A stretch of 63,809 bases of DNA, counting the filler, from Octopus bimaculoides (taxonomy: Eukaryota), in the NCBI RefSeq assembly GCF_001194135.2. It is 7 parts of 6 records of this genome, joined end to end, with 100 filler letters (N's around TTAATTAATTAA, not from the genome) between each part and the next. Parts side by side here need not be neighbours in the genome. Positions count along the whole stretch, not along the records: positions 1 to 3,018 come from NC_068995.1; positions 3,119 to 32,656 come from NC_068984.1; 5 more parts are not named here. The stretch is one strand, 5' to 3'. The notes under the pieces were generated by a model that saw only the letters and a list, made by a program, of their open reading frames with translations, was not told the origin of the DNA and ran no database searches. Both the position numbers and the translations under genes were made by a program. Of this stretch, positions 1 through 12,266 are shown piece after piece; position 1 is the stretch's first letter, and each line of letters starts with the position of its first letter.

Positions 1-97
1 TTCAATCATCTTTTGGTTTGAACTTGAGAAAGACAGACGTTCTGTCGAAATGTTGTTAAAAAAATAAAACATCTAAAATCGCGCTCTTCGTTTTGAC

Positions 98-98
<1 letters not shown>

Positions 99-156
<58 letters not shown>
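99..156. repeat. (ATT)n microsatellite
   Basis: Visible pure tract. Confidence 0.95.
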
Positions 157-157
<1 letters not shown>

Positions 158-958
158 CAATTGTCCAACCAAATTACTCGCAGTTTTTAATTTATTATCT
201 TTATTGTTGTGGAAGCTGTTGTTCTCTTCTAAGTTCTCCCACATCGACTATATCTAAAAATCAAAGTCATTCCAACCGTGGCCAGCCTATTCATCTATGT
301 GCGGATTCCTGGTCGATAATAACCTACGTGTCATTTTCGAAGACAGTTACATGGGATTTGAAGGAGATTTGGCTGCTATTTTTAGCAGTTCAATCAAGTA
401 TTCAAGAACTTGTCTGCGTAGCTACTTCTTCGTTGTCTGGTCACTACGTCAAAGTATGAAGTGCTGCAGAGGCGTAAAATTCAGTATTCGTTACGTCATT
501 GAGTGCGTGCGTGTGTGTGCGTGTGTCAGTGTGTCACTGCACCTGTATTTGTGTACGTGCGTTTTTGCGTCTCTCAATGCCATTTTAGCCAGGAAAAGAA
601 TAAAAAAATATGAATAAAATAAAATAGAAAACGTAAACGGAGCTGAAAGTGTACGAAAGGATATGAATGATGGAGTGGAGGCTGGAGAGAATTAATGAAT
701 GAAAGAAATAAGGGAAAAAAGTCAAGACGGAAGAGGAGAATGAGTGAAGAAGCATCGATTCCATTGACATTGGCATCATAAACCGGGAAATTTGATCGCA
801 GACGTGTCTCGTTTCCTCACTCTGACGACAACAAATGCTTTTTTGGGGTTTTAATGAGCAGTTTAATGAGTATCAAGTATAGACATACAAGTATATTACA
901 ACATATATAAATACGTACATATGTATATATGTGTATATACATATATACATATGTATAT

Positions 959-990
<32 letters not shown>

Positions 991-1862
991 NNNNNNNNNN
1001 NNNNNNNNNNNNNNNNNNNNNNNNNNNNNNNNNNNNNNNNNNNNNNNNNNNNNNNNNNNNNNNNNNNNNNNNNNNNNNNNNNNNNNNNNNTAGATAGATA
1101 GATGTGGGGAATATTGAAGAACATATAAGTATGCACATATATATATATATACATATAAATGGTTGTGCCAGTGCAGATATGCACGTCCATGCGCACATGC
1201 ACTTACATGCACATACGCCTTCACATACGAATATATATTCATAACGATGTGCTTACAGTTACATACTTAAGTGAAGTTGCTGTATGAGCGTACTATGAAG
1301 GTGATGACCCCTTTCTTTAAGTGGTGCATCCATTGTGTTGTCTGTATTGCAATTAACTCGATCATAGGCAAGTTCAGAGTCCTTGCCAACCCCCGAACCC
1401 AATGCATAGATGTTATTGCTGTCCACCAAAATCATACCAGTGTCTCTTTAGTCACGTAGTTAAGAGCCGGAGCGTGTATACAGGTGTGAACGTGTCTATA
1501 AGTGCAAGCGTTATGACAAACCTGTGTAATTACATCACTGACAGTCAAAGCCAGTCACCTTCACGCCAACGGCAATACATTAATTTAACTCCAACCCATC
1601 ATGTCACTCTGTCTTCTTACTTTTCTACCATTACTATAACGTTTTCTGGTCTTCTAAAGTTGCCCAATTTGTATGATGTCTTCTTTCAAATTCGCTCAAA
1701 TCAAATGAGACCACGAAGGACCATGCTTAAACTGGTGCTAAACGACAGCACAAACTTCTGCACCTCCTTTAAACCCTTTTGCGTGGCACTCCTTTTAAAC
1801 GATTACCTTCCCCTCAAATTTCTGGGCTTGTGCCTATTGTAGAAAAGTTTATATAAGTGACA

Positions 1863-2075
1863 TAGGGCAGTGAGCTGTCAGAATTGTGAGCGCGCCGAAC
1901 AAAATGCTTAGCGGCGTTTCTTCTGCCTTTTTATATTCTGAGTTCAAATCTTGCCGAGGCCAACTTTGCCTTTCATAATTTCGGGGTCAAAGAAATTTGT
2001 GCCAGTCGAGGACTGGGGTTGATGTGACCAACTCCCCTCAAGTTTCAAGCGTTTTGCGTATAGCAGTAAGGAATA
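1863..2075 (+). mobile_element. SINE family A (tRNA-derived), diverged
   Basis: GAGCTGTCAGAATTGT.AGC...GAGTTCAAATC...GCCGAGG...TTTGCCTTTCAT. Confidence 0.8.
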
Positions 2076-2544
2076 TACTGTCTATCACTTACCTTATTCA
2101 ATGCGTTCGTCATTTTGTAAAACAGAACGGTATAATTTGAAGGAAATTTGGTTGCTATTTCTAGCAGTTTGGTTGACTCCTGACTGGTTGTTTCCATATG
2201 GTACCTAGAGATATCGTCGATAATCTCTAATATGTGAGTGTTTGTTTTTCCAGCTCATTTTTATTAACATCACTCTGTGTTTTGAACGATAATGTAAAGA
2301 AAGCAGAAAAGTAAAACAAACCCTCCTCATATTACGGTTTTAAGTGGTTTATTAAAATATGGCCACGACGAGCAATGGTGTATGATTCGGTAGCAACCTA
2401 TATCATGCTTTCATAAATGGTTTTAGGTGTCCATGGGGCGGCGAGCAGACATCGATACCCTCCTGTGTTTTTCGCGAAACTTGGGCACAACAGAACGTCG
2501 AATTTGTAACAAGAGAAGGGTGATGGCGACATACATACATGCAT

Positions 2545-2880
2545 ACATACATACATCCTGGCATTCCGTCGGTTACGACGACGTGGGCTCCAGTTTATCC
2601 GGTCAATTGAACCGCTCCTCGGGAAATTAACATGCAAGTGGCTGAGTACTCCACAGAAATACGTGTACTCTTAAAGTAGTTCTCAGGGAAATTCAGTGTG
2701 ACACAGAATGTGACAAGACTGGTCCTTTGAATTACAGGTACAACCAAATTTTGTCAGGTGAATGGGCTGAAGTCAAGTGAAATACAGTGTCTTGCTCAAG
2801 GGCGAAACGCGACACAAACAATCGAACTCATGACCTTATATGAACGTGAGTTGAATATTCTAACCACTAAGCCACGTGCA
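2545..2880 (-). mobile_element. SINE with family D-type head and family C body
   Basis: Head GTGGCTTAGTGGTTAG...GAGTTCGATT...CTTGAGCAAGACAC; body shares GTGGAGTACTCAGCCACTTGCA.GTTAATTTC with 11829-12266. Confidence 0.75.
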
Positions 2881-2956
2881 TTCACACGTGATTACATATA
2901 AACATGCACACGCACACACATACATATATACATTCATGCTTACATGCATGCATATA

Positions 2957-2987
<31 letters not shown>

Positions 2988-3018
2988 GTATATATATATA
3001 TATATATATATATGTATG

Positions 3019-3118
3019 NNNNNNNNNNNNNNNNNNNNNNNNNNNNNNNNNNNNNNNNNNNNTTAATTAATTAANNNNNNNNNNNNNNNNNNNNNNNNNN
3101 NNNNNNNNNNNNNNNNNN
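3019..3118. other. Assembly spacer N44-TTAATTAATTAA-N44 (artificial; also at 32701, 45682, 49305, 56155, 61717)
   Basis: Identical palindromic 12-mer with stop codons in all six frames, embedded in Ns six times; 44+12+44=100 counted at the first site. Confidence 0.95.
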
Positions 3119-3595
3119 GATGTGTTAATCCCCATGTGGGTACATGGAGTAAATAAACAATTAAATATAAAAATTAATAATTTCTTAAAGTATGTGTTAA
3201 TCCCCATGTGGGTACCTGAAGCAAATAAAATCATACCATAAACAATTAAATATAAAAAATAATAATTTCTTAAAGTATGTGTTAATCCCCATGTGGGTAC
3301 CTGGAACAAATAAAATCATAGCATAAACAATTAAATATAAAGTAACCGATATAATACATGGAGTAAATAAACAATTAAATATAAAAATTAATAATTTCTT
3401 AAAGTATGTGTTAATCCCCATGTGGGTACCTGGAGCAAATAAAATCATAGCATAAACAATTAAATATAAAAAATAATAATTTCTTAAAGTATATGTTAAT
3501 CCCCATGGAGTAAATAAACAATTAAATATAAAAATTAATAATTTCTTATAGCATGTGTTAATCCCCATGTACCCACACTTTGTGGACACCCTGTA
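3119..3595. repeat. Tandem array inside a Tc1/mariner-type MITE end
   Basis: Six GTTAATCCCCATG-anchored units (3124, 3196, 3281, 3410, 3495, 3557), ending in TIR-like CCCCATGTACCCACACTTTGTGGACACCCTG-TA. Confidence 0.7.
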
Positions 3596-3751
3596 AAGCG
3601 AACTAAGTAAAGCGAACTAAGGATTTATCTACCCAGTGAAGTATCTTGTAATTATTTATTTTAAAGAATTCTCTATGTTCCTTTCAATTCGATGTGGTGA
3701 GCTAGATCTGGATTATATCAGAGTGCTAATAAGGTACTTATCCGGATTCCA

Positions 3752-4052
3752 AGTCCCTATTCGGTTACTTATTCAATCATACCGAGTCCCTATTCGGTTG
3801 CTTATTCAATCATATCGAGTCCCTATTCGGTTACTTATTCAATCATACCGAGTCCCTATTCGGTTGCTTATTCAATCATACCGAGTCCCTATTCGGTTGC
3901 TTATTCAATCATATCGAGTCCCTATTCGGTTGCTTATTCAATCATACCGAGTCCCTATTCGGTTGCTTATTCAATCATATTGAGTCCCTATTCGGTTGCT
4001 TATTCAATCATATCGAGTCCCTATTCGGTTACTTATTCAATCATATCGAGTC
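3752..4052. repeat. 33-bp minisatellite, 9 copies
   Basis: AGTCCCTATTCGGTT(A/G)CTTATTCAATCATA(C/T)CG repeated with period 33. Confidence 0.95.
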
Positions 4053-5977
4053 ACCTGCTAAAGGTTCCCTTGTTGCCGGTTGCGGCTGTTATTATTTGGT
4101 CCTTAGTCATATGAATATAGACATTCAAACCATGACTTGACCATGTTGCCACTTTTGATACATAGAATATCCTGTACTACATTATCCAACGTGATATTTT
4201 TAAAGATTTGGTTTCTATTTCAATCAAGCCGAACTTCCTAGATTTTTGTTTTTAGTCATCGTTGGTTGAGGAATAACTGAATTGAATGCTATTCTAACAC
4301 AAGAACTGCTTCTTTCTATGGCAAATATATTATTGTTTCCAACAGTCAAGTTCCTTGACACATAATTAGATTGTTTTCATTTGGTTCCATTTTAGCGATA
4401 TTGAACTGAATAATATCCAGAACATTCCTTTTACTCTATGCGCAGTGAATGCAAAACCACATTATTCAACATGTACTTTTCTGAAAATTCAAAGTTTCCT
4501 TAAAAGAAGACTTGGCTGCTATTTCTAGATTGTTGAGCAAGAATGTAGATGTATTCTTGTTGGGTTAATCTATGTAAGTATAGCAGTTGACATAATTCAA
4601 CGCCGTTTGCAGCAGTAGTATTGTCACATATCGTTCACATTGAAGATGCTGTAAGCTTCTATAATCTTGCAATATGACAGAATTATTTTCCTCTCGTATC
4701 AAACCGTTTAAAATATCAACTTTAATATCTTACGTAAGCTTTATGACTCACTCTTTTTTTCCTACTGTTGCTCTCGCTTTACTGACTTTATTCCAGTCAT
4801 CTTCAATAAAAGAAATGTACTCACACACACGCTTACGCCCGCCCGCACGCACATATACATAAATATATGTATATATATATATATAATATATATATATATA
4901 TATTTAATATATATTCATAAATACATATATATACATACATATATAAACATATGCATCTATAAATACATATATATATACATATNNNNNNNNNNNNNNNNNN
5001 NNNNNNNNNNNNNNNNNNNNNNNNNNNNNNNNNNNNNNNNNNNNNNNNNNNNNNNNNNNNNNNNNNNNNNNNNNNNNNNNNNNNNNNNNNNNNNNNNNNN
5101 NNNNNNNNNNNNNNNNNNNNNNNNNNNNNNNNNNNNNNNNNNNNNNNNNNNNNNNNNNNNNNNNNNNNNNNNNNNNNNNNNNNNNNNNNNNNNNNNNNNN
5201 NNNNNNNNNNNNNNNNNNNNNNNNNNNNNNNNNNNNNNNNNNNNNNNNNNNNNNNNNNNNNNNNNNNNNNNNNNNNNNNNNNNNNNNNNNNNNNNNNNNN
5301 NNNNNNNNNNNNNNNNNNNNNNNNNNNNNNNNNNNNNNNNNNNNNNNNNNNNNNNNNNNNNNNNNNNNNNNNNNNNNNNNNNNNNNNNNNNNNNNNNNNN
5401 NNNNNNNNNNNNNNNNNNNNNNNNNNNNNNNNNNNNNNNNNNNNNNNNNNNNNNNNNNNNNNNNNNNNNNNNNNNNNNNNNNNNNNNNNNNNNNNNNNNN
5501 NNNNNNNNNNNNNNNNNNNNNNNNNNNNNNNNNNNNNNNNNNNNNNNNNNNNNNNNNNNNNNNNNNNNNNNNNNNNNNNNNNNNNNNNNNNNNNNNNNNN
5601 NNNNNNNNNNNNNNNNNNNNNNNNNNNNNNNNNNNNNNNNNNNNNNNNNNNNNNNNNNNNNNNNNNNNNNNNNNNNNNNNNNNNNNNNNNNNNNNNNNNN
5701 NNNNNNNNNNNNNNNNNNNNNTATATATACTGTTGTGTCTGAGGAGAGTCATTCTCTTTCAATTTAACACACTCACCGGTAAAACTTCCACTTATTTCCT
5801 TCTTTATTTTTCTAAAACTTTCGTTGCGTCTTGCAACCTTTTCAATACTTTTGACTCTACAGTTCTATATTTAGGAGATGAGGGATTATGTACATTATTT
5901 ACATTATTTACATTTGACGGATATATATAAATGTTATTCTTATATTTTTAAGCTTCGAAATCACTACCAAGAACCTC

Positions 5978-6021
<44 letters not shown>

Positions 6022-7569
6022 TGCGTGTGTGTATGTATGTATGTGTGCATATATTTATGCCTACATCTCTTTGAGAAGCTGCTCAAGAGCTAATAAGGGA
6101 ATAAACTATATCTCGGTACTTCATTTTTGGTATGAATTTCAAATATAAGACAAGTCCCTCCGCGAATTGAACCAGAAACACTACTCTAATTGCACTCTTG
6201 GTATATAACTTTGAAGCTTCGACAGAAAAATATTAATGAAGCCTTGCTAGAACATACATAAAAACACACAGAAAAGAAGCTTTAGTAAAAAAAAACATAT
6301 ACAAGCATTTGAACAAGCCTTTAAATTATATTATGAACACTGCTACACTAAAAAGAATCAAGCAAATAAAAACCTTTAAATATTTTAACAAACAATATCA
6401 ATAAGCCATTCTGAATCCGCAACCATAGAAAGCCTTTCACAGAGACCAATGCCAAAACAGATCAGAAAAATCCTCTAAATCATACGAGACATGCTATTCA
6501 ATAAGCATGATAAAAGCTAGCGCTGACCACAACATGGAAACTCTCAGACACTCATTCATAGTTGTACAAACATAGACACCCAAAAACTTCAAATCAAAAA
6601 ATATGTTTATAATGAATTAATCAGAAATCTAAATACGGCACACTAAAGAAACATCTATTCCTGATCAAATCAAAATTCCCAATAGACATTAGCAAAAGCT
6701 ACCCAAGCATGAAATACCATTTACAATATATATATATATATATATTTATAAAAACTCCTACGTAAATAAATACGTCCTTATGTAGTTTTACTGTTAAATT
6801 CCCTCATAAAGACGTCATTATGATTCACTCGCCTCCACCAAAACAAAATTCCCGTCTGCAGAATCACTTTACTGTGACAACAATATTTCCAAATACAAAA
6901 GAAACTTGACAAAACGCCCACGAACGCCCTTAATCATATCAATAGAGAAATTCAGACCAAGTAAAAAACAAATAAAAACTATACCTTTCCGTTTTCAACT
7001 AAACAAGGAAAATTACACCATGCTAGAAAAGAAAAAAAGAAAAAAGAAAAACCAAAGGCGGGGAAGAATAATTCCAACCAGTCGGCAAAGGCAAAAATCA
7101 GAGCAATAATCGAACACAGACNNNNNNNNNNNNNNNNNNNNNNNNNNNNNNNNNNNNNNNNNNNNNNNNNNNNNNNNNNNNNNNNNNNNNNNNNNNNNNN
7201 NNNNNNNNNNNNNNNNNNNNNNNNNNNNNNNNNNNNNNNNNNNNNNNNNNNNNNNNNNNNNNNNNNNNNNNNNNNNNNNNNNNNNNNNNNNNNNNNNNNN
7301 NNNNNNNNNNNNNNNNNNNNNNNNNNNNNNNNNNNNNNNNNNNNNNNNNNNNCATAATATGGTAAAAATTCGATATTAATTAATATCAATTTAATACCAG
7401 GAAACTAGCACATTAAAAGAATCAGAAGGTTCATGAAAAAACATTTTTGGAGATCCTAAAAAGATTATAATATATCTATATATATATATATATGAAATTT
7501 ACAGGAAAACAAAAGACGAAGACAGGTGCTAACGTTTCTGCCACCTAGCCGCCTTAATCAGGCTTATTT

Positions 7570-8297
7570 TTTATTTTTCAACATAGTCTTCTTTGCAGAC
7601 CATACGCCTTTCCCATCGGCGTTGCCGTGTTTTGGATCCCATTGGTGAAGACACTTTCATCCTGTTGCTTAAAGAAGTTATCAACAACAGACATGACGAC
7701 ATCAACACTGCGATACTGGTTCCCAGCCCAGTGTCTTTTTCTTATTGGGAAACAGATGATAATCGAATGGGGCCAAATCAGGAGAATAGGGAGAGTGGTC
7801 AACCAGTTCAAAGCCACACTCATGAACAGCAGCCATTGAAACCAAGGACTTGTGTGCGGAAGTATTGCACATGGAAGTAATCGCCTGCCGTCCATCACCA
7901 TGTAGTGTACACGATCAATGTTTCCAACGGTGGTGGCAGTTGCAGGACGTAAAATCCTTGGGTCATCTTCAAGACACTCCCTTCCATTCCTAAATTCAGT
8001 TGTCCCCTTTTGTACCATTGGAACTGGAGCGTCATCCGCTAATGTAGCAATCATGTCCGTATGAATGGCGTTGGGGGCTAAACCCTTTTTCTGCCGGTAC
8101 TTAATAGCATCACGATGTCAACTTTTGTCCATTTTCAAGTGAAGTCTCTACTCGTTACTTTTGAAGCCCTCTGTCAACGCTCAGATTTCAGAAACAAAGC
8201 AATAATTTATAAGAACTGAAATTATTGCAAACAAGATTTCACAAATCTAGCATCACTACTCCTTCATAGTCAACCTATGAACTTTTCAGCCCACCTT
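7570..8297 (-). mobile_element. Mariner (Tc1/mariner) transposon remnant, internally deleted
   Basis: N-terminal HTH region (IATLADDAP...EFRNGRECLEDDPR..RPATATT..NIDRVH.MVMDGRRL, ATG near 8132) is joined to C-terminal HPPYSPDLAPSDYHLFP-like and GNQYRS.D.V.S.VD.FF.QQDES-like sequence in shifted frames. A terminal-repeat-like GGGCTGAAAAGTTCATAGGTTGAC sits at about 8269-8293. Confidence 0.85.
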
Positions 8298-8327
8298 CAT
8301 TTGTGTGCGTGTATTTGTGTACGTGTG

Positions 8328-8386
<59 letters not shown>

Positions 8387-8804
8387 ATTTATACACATCT
8401 ACTTACATATACACACACACGAAACACACACATACACACAAACACAAACACGTGCATATGCAATTAAATATTAAATTATTTTCTTTCTAAAATTACGATC
8501 TATGTGTTTTGTTCGTGATTGGTTGTATATACAAGATTCAATGAAGAAGAGAAACGTTATATTACTTGTACATATATGTGTGTTGTATGCGCGCGAACGT
8601 GTGTGTTTGTGTTCCTTTGTGTGCTGTGCGTGTGTATATTTTTGTGTTTCTGCGAAATGCCATAATTTAAAATCAACAGGTAGCTTTTTGTCTTTAGTTC
8701 TTTTACATTTCTCGTTTTGAATACGAAATATAAAATTAACTGAAAATATATTTTTAACAAATTTTCAACAGAAATTTATAGTTTTATTTTGACCAAAATA
8801 ACTC

Positions 8805-9575
8805 GTCGTCGTCACGTATTCTACACCTGCAGCGCATTGATGACGCCACAATGAAAGTGTTCTCGATTAGGCACGTATTCTCCGGCTGCTTTGTCCCTTT
8901 TTTCCAACCAGCTCTTGATATTGTTCATCCATTGAGTTCTTTGACTGCCTCCTGGTCTACTGACGTCTACTCTTCCTTTCCTTTCCAAAACTCTGCTTCT
9001 TCGAATATGACCATAAGGTATGCAGATGATACTGCTTGCCCAGATGGAAGCAGAACAACTAGAAATGAAAAATAGAGTCAAGAAGGTATGAAATAGGTAT
9101 GATCTTTATCTCAACCAAATGTCATGGTAGTAGGAAAAGAGTAAGTAAATATTGGCATATATTCTTTACTATACTGAACATATGAACGTAATAGATGAGG
9201 TTTTGATTATTCACAATTGTTCAGAAATCGTCATTCACCTTCTTGTTGTAACATCCATTCATTTGTCTCATGATCCTTGTAAGAGACTCGTACCTTTCTC
9301 CTATACACCAGCATTACAAAAGCATTGATTATGGTCTCTTCAAATTTACTCCGAGTCCATTCTTCGCAGCCTTAAACGCCTATTAGACAAATGAGCGCCC
9401 GCACAAGCCTTGTTTTTCACTTAGTCGGGACACTTTAGCTGATCCACATGTTATTAAGCTTTTCCTTGGACGTTCTTGCCATGACAAGTCGTGTAATTTC
9501 TTTCTTACATGTGTATTCGTCAGAGATTTGGTCTCCAAGATACTTGTACAATTCAACCTGTTTGAGCCTTACACT
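8805..9575 (-). mobile_element. RTE-clade LINE 3' fragment(s), degenerate
   Basis: LKQVELYKYLGDQISDEYTCKKEI (about 9480-9565) and YGHIRRSRVLER.GRV...RPGGSQRTQWMNNIKSW (8821-9020) match RTE RT C-terminal motifs; short (GAC)n tail near 8805. Confidence 0.75.
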
Positions 9576-9617
9576 GCTCAGCATAGTAAAGTATATATGT
9601 CAATATATACTTACTCT

Positions 9618-9854
9618 AAGGCGGCGAACTGGCAGAAATGTGAGCACGCCGGGCGAAATGCTTAGGGGCTTTTCGTCTTTCTTTACGTCCTGAGTTCAAA
9701 TTCCGCCGAGGTCGACTTTGCCTTTCATCCTTTCGGGGTCGATAAATTAAGTACCAGTTACGCACTGGAGTCGATGTAATCGACTTAATCCCTTTGTCTG
9801 TCCTTGTTTGTCCCCTCTATGTTTAGCCCCTTGTGGGCAATAAAGAAATAAGAA
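9618..9854 (+). mobile_element. SINE family A, full length
   Basis: GGCGGCGAACTGGCAGAA...GAGTTCAAATTCCGCCGAGGTCGACTTTGCC...GGGCAATAAAGAAATAAGAA. Confidence 0.9.
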
Positions 9855-10175
9855 ATGTGAGCACGCCGGGCGAAATGCTTAGGGGCTTTTCGTCTTTCTT
9901 TACGTCCTGAGTTCAAANNNNNNNNNNNNNNNNNNNNNNNNNNNNNNNNNNNNNNNNNNNNNNNNNNNNNNNNNNNNNNNNNNNNNNNNNNNNNNNNNNN
10001 NNNNNNNNNNNNNNNNNNNNNNNNNNNNNNNNNNNNNNNNNNNNNNNNNNNNNNNNNNNNNNNNNNNNNNNNNNNNNNNNNNNNNNNNNNNNNNNNNNNN
10101 NNNNNNNNNNNNNNNNNNNNNNNNNNNNNNNNNNNNNNNNNNNNNNNNNNNNNNNNNNNNNNNNNNNNNNNNNNN

Positions 10176-10234
<59 letters not shown>

Positions 10235-10329
10235 CATGCACACACACATAATATATATATTTCTATTGCATAGTATATATGTGTGTATATATATGTATAT
10301 ATATATATATACGCACTCGCTTAGCATTT

Positions 10330-10406
<77 letters not shown>

Positions 10407-11074
10407 ATCTATCTATCTCTCTCTCTATATATATATATAGATAGATAGATATACGCACTCGCTTAGCATTTTCAGTTGTTCCCTTTTTGAGATCAGTTTT
10501 ATCAGCAATTCTTTTTTCTATCATTCGCTATTTCCTCCCGTTATTTTGATTTCCTATTAAAAAAACAAAACAAAAAACAAAAAACAAAAAAACAAAAATG
10601 AATTTTCTTCCCTCAATAGTTTTGTTTTGCATCCTACACTTGTCACCTGCAAAACACCAGAGATATTTTCATGAATGACAACGAAGGGTAAGGCCTACCA
10701 TGTTATTCCCTTATCGCATTAAAAGATGCTTTATATATCATTTTGGTTCCGCTCGCTATGAAACACATATGGCTAGGATTTTATCTACTCCATTCCTTAT
10801 ATTGGTGTTTCATTACAGGAAATAACTGCGAAACACAATACCGCCATCTCTGCCCGAATATCTTTCTCTTTTGTTTTTTAACATAGAGTTCTTATTAACG
10901 GATGTCATCTGTTTATTTTCCACAATTCTAATCATAATCTTTTATCCTTCTATTCTTAGAAGTTTCGTGATATGAATTATTTTTCTTCCTCTCATGTACA
11001 TATCCTAATTTTCGATTTTTCCTTTCTTTTAAGCATATTAAATTATAAAGAGTCTCAGTTTGAAATATCTTTAT

Positions 11075-11558
11075 AGGCGCAGGAGTAGNNNNNNNNNNNN
11101 NNNNNNNNNNNNNNNNNNNNNNNNNNNNNNNNNNNNNNNNNNNNNNNNNNNNNNNNNNNNNNNNNNNNNNNNNNNNNNNNNNNNNNNNNNNNNNNNNNNN
11201 NNNNNNNNNNNNNNNNNNNNNNNNNNNNNNNNNNNNNNNNNNNNNNNNNNNNNNNNNNNNNNNNNNNNNNNNNNNNNNNNNNNNNNNNNNNNNNNNNNNN
11301 NNNNNNNNNNNNNNNNNNNNNNNNNNNNNNNNNNNNNNNNNNNNNNNNNNNNNNNNNNNNNNNNNNNNNNNNGTCCCCCCAATATCGCTTGACAACCGAT
11401 GGTGGTGTGTTTATGTCCCCGGAACTATGCGGTTCGGCAAAAGAGACCGATAGAATAAGTACTAGGCTTACAAAGAATAAGTCCTGGGGTCGATTTGCTC
11501 GACTAAAGGCGGTGCTCCAGCATGGCCGCAGTCAAATGACCGAAACAAGTAAAAGAGT
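11075..11558 (+). mobile_element. SINE family B (middle in gap)
   Basis: AGGCGCAGGAGT head start; after the gap GCGGTTCGGCAAAAGAGACCGATAGAATAAGTACTAGG...GGCGGTGCTCCAGCATGGCCGCAGTCAAATGAC tail. Confidence 0.85.
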
Positions 11559-11828
11559 AATCGTTTCATTTTTGTTTTAAAGTTGTTAAATGCATGAGTT
11601 GCTAGAAAGGTCTCATGTGTATAGAGTTATGGAGCTATCAGTAATCTAATTTCTTTCATAGATTATCTATAATTTTGCAATAGAAATATTAATAAACGAA
11701 AGACTGAGTAAAGGAAATAAGATTGTGATGGAGATCAAAACCTTTTCCGTTGTAGTTCATTGTAGATTCAGTCCATAAATCCACATCTGTTTGCAAAGAA
11801 TCGATTTATTTCATTTTCCGTTTGTAGT

Positions 11829-12266
11829 GTGGAGGCGCAATGACCCAGTGGTTAGGGCAGCAGACTCGCGGTCATAAGATCGCGGTTTCGATTCCCAGAC
11901 CGGGCGTTGTGAGTGTTTATTGAGCGAAAACACCTAAAAGCTCCACGAGGCTCCGGCAAGGGATGGTGGCGAACCCTGCTGTACTCTTTCACCACACCTT
12001 TCTCTCACTCTTGCTTCCTGTTTCTGTTTTTGCCTGTAATTCAAAGGGTCAGCCTTGTAACACTGTGTCACGCTGAATATCTCCGAGAACTACGTTAAGG
12101 GTACACGTGTCTGTGGAGTACTCAGCCACTTGCACGTNNNNNNNNNNGTACACGTGTCTGTGGAGTACTCAGCCACTTGCACGTTAATTTCAAGAGCAGG
12201 CTGTTCCGTTGATCGGATCAACTGGAACCCTCGTCGTCGTAAGCGCCGGAGTGACTACAACAACAA
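11829..12266 (+). mobile_element. SINE family C, full length with TSD
   Basis: tRNA-like head (TGACCCAGTGGTTAGG A box, GGTTTCGATTCC B box), long body, (CAA)n tail, 10-bp TSD CGTTTGTAGT at 11819-11828 and 12267-12276. Confidence 0.9.

Noticed and set aside
1264-1842. ORFs around 1271-1842 in unique-looking sequence
   Set aside because: No recognisable domain or splice support in any frame.
3752-4052. Minisatellite or the 3119-3595 array as a CRISPR array
   Set aside because: No unique spacers, eukaryotic context, no cas genes.
6170-6720. A-rich strand-biased stretch suggestive of an old retroelement ORF
   Set aside because: No recognisable motif in any frame.
12101-12184. 37-bp direct repeat inside SINE C around a 10-N gap
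   Set aside because: Identical sequence on both sides of a minimal gap is the signature of an unmerged contig overlap.
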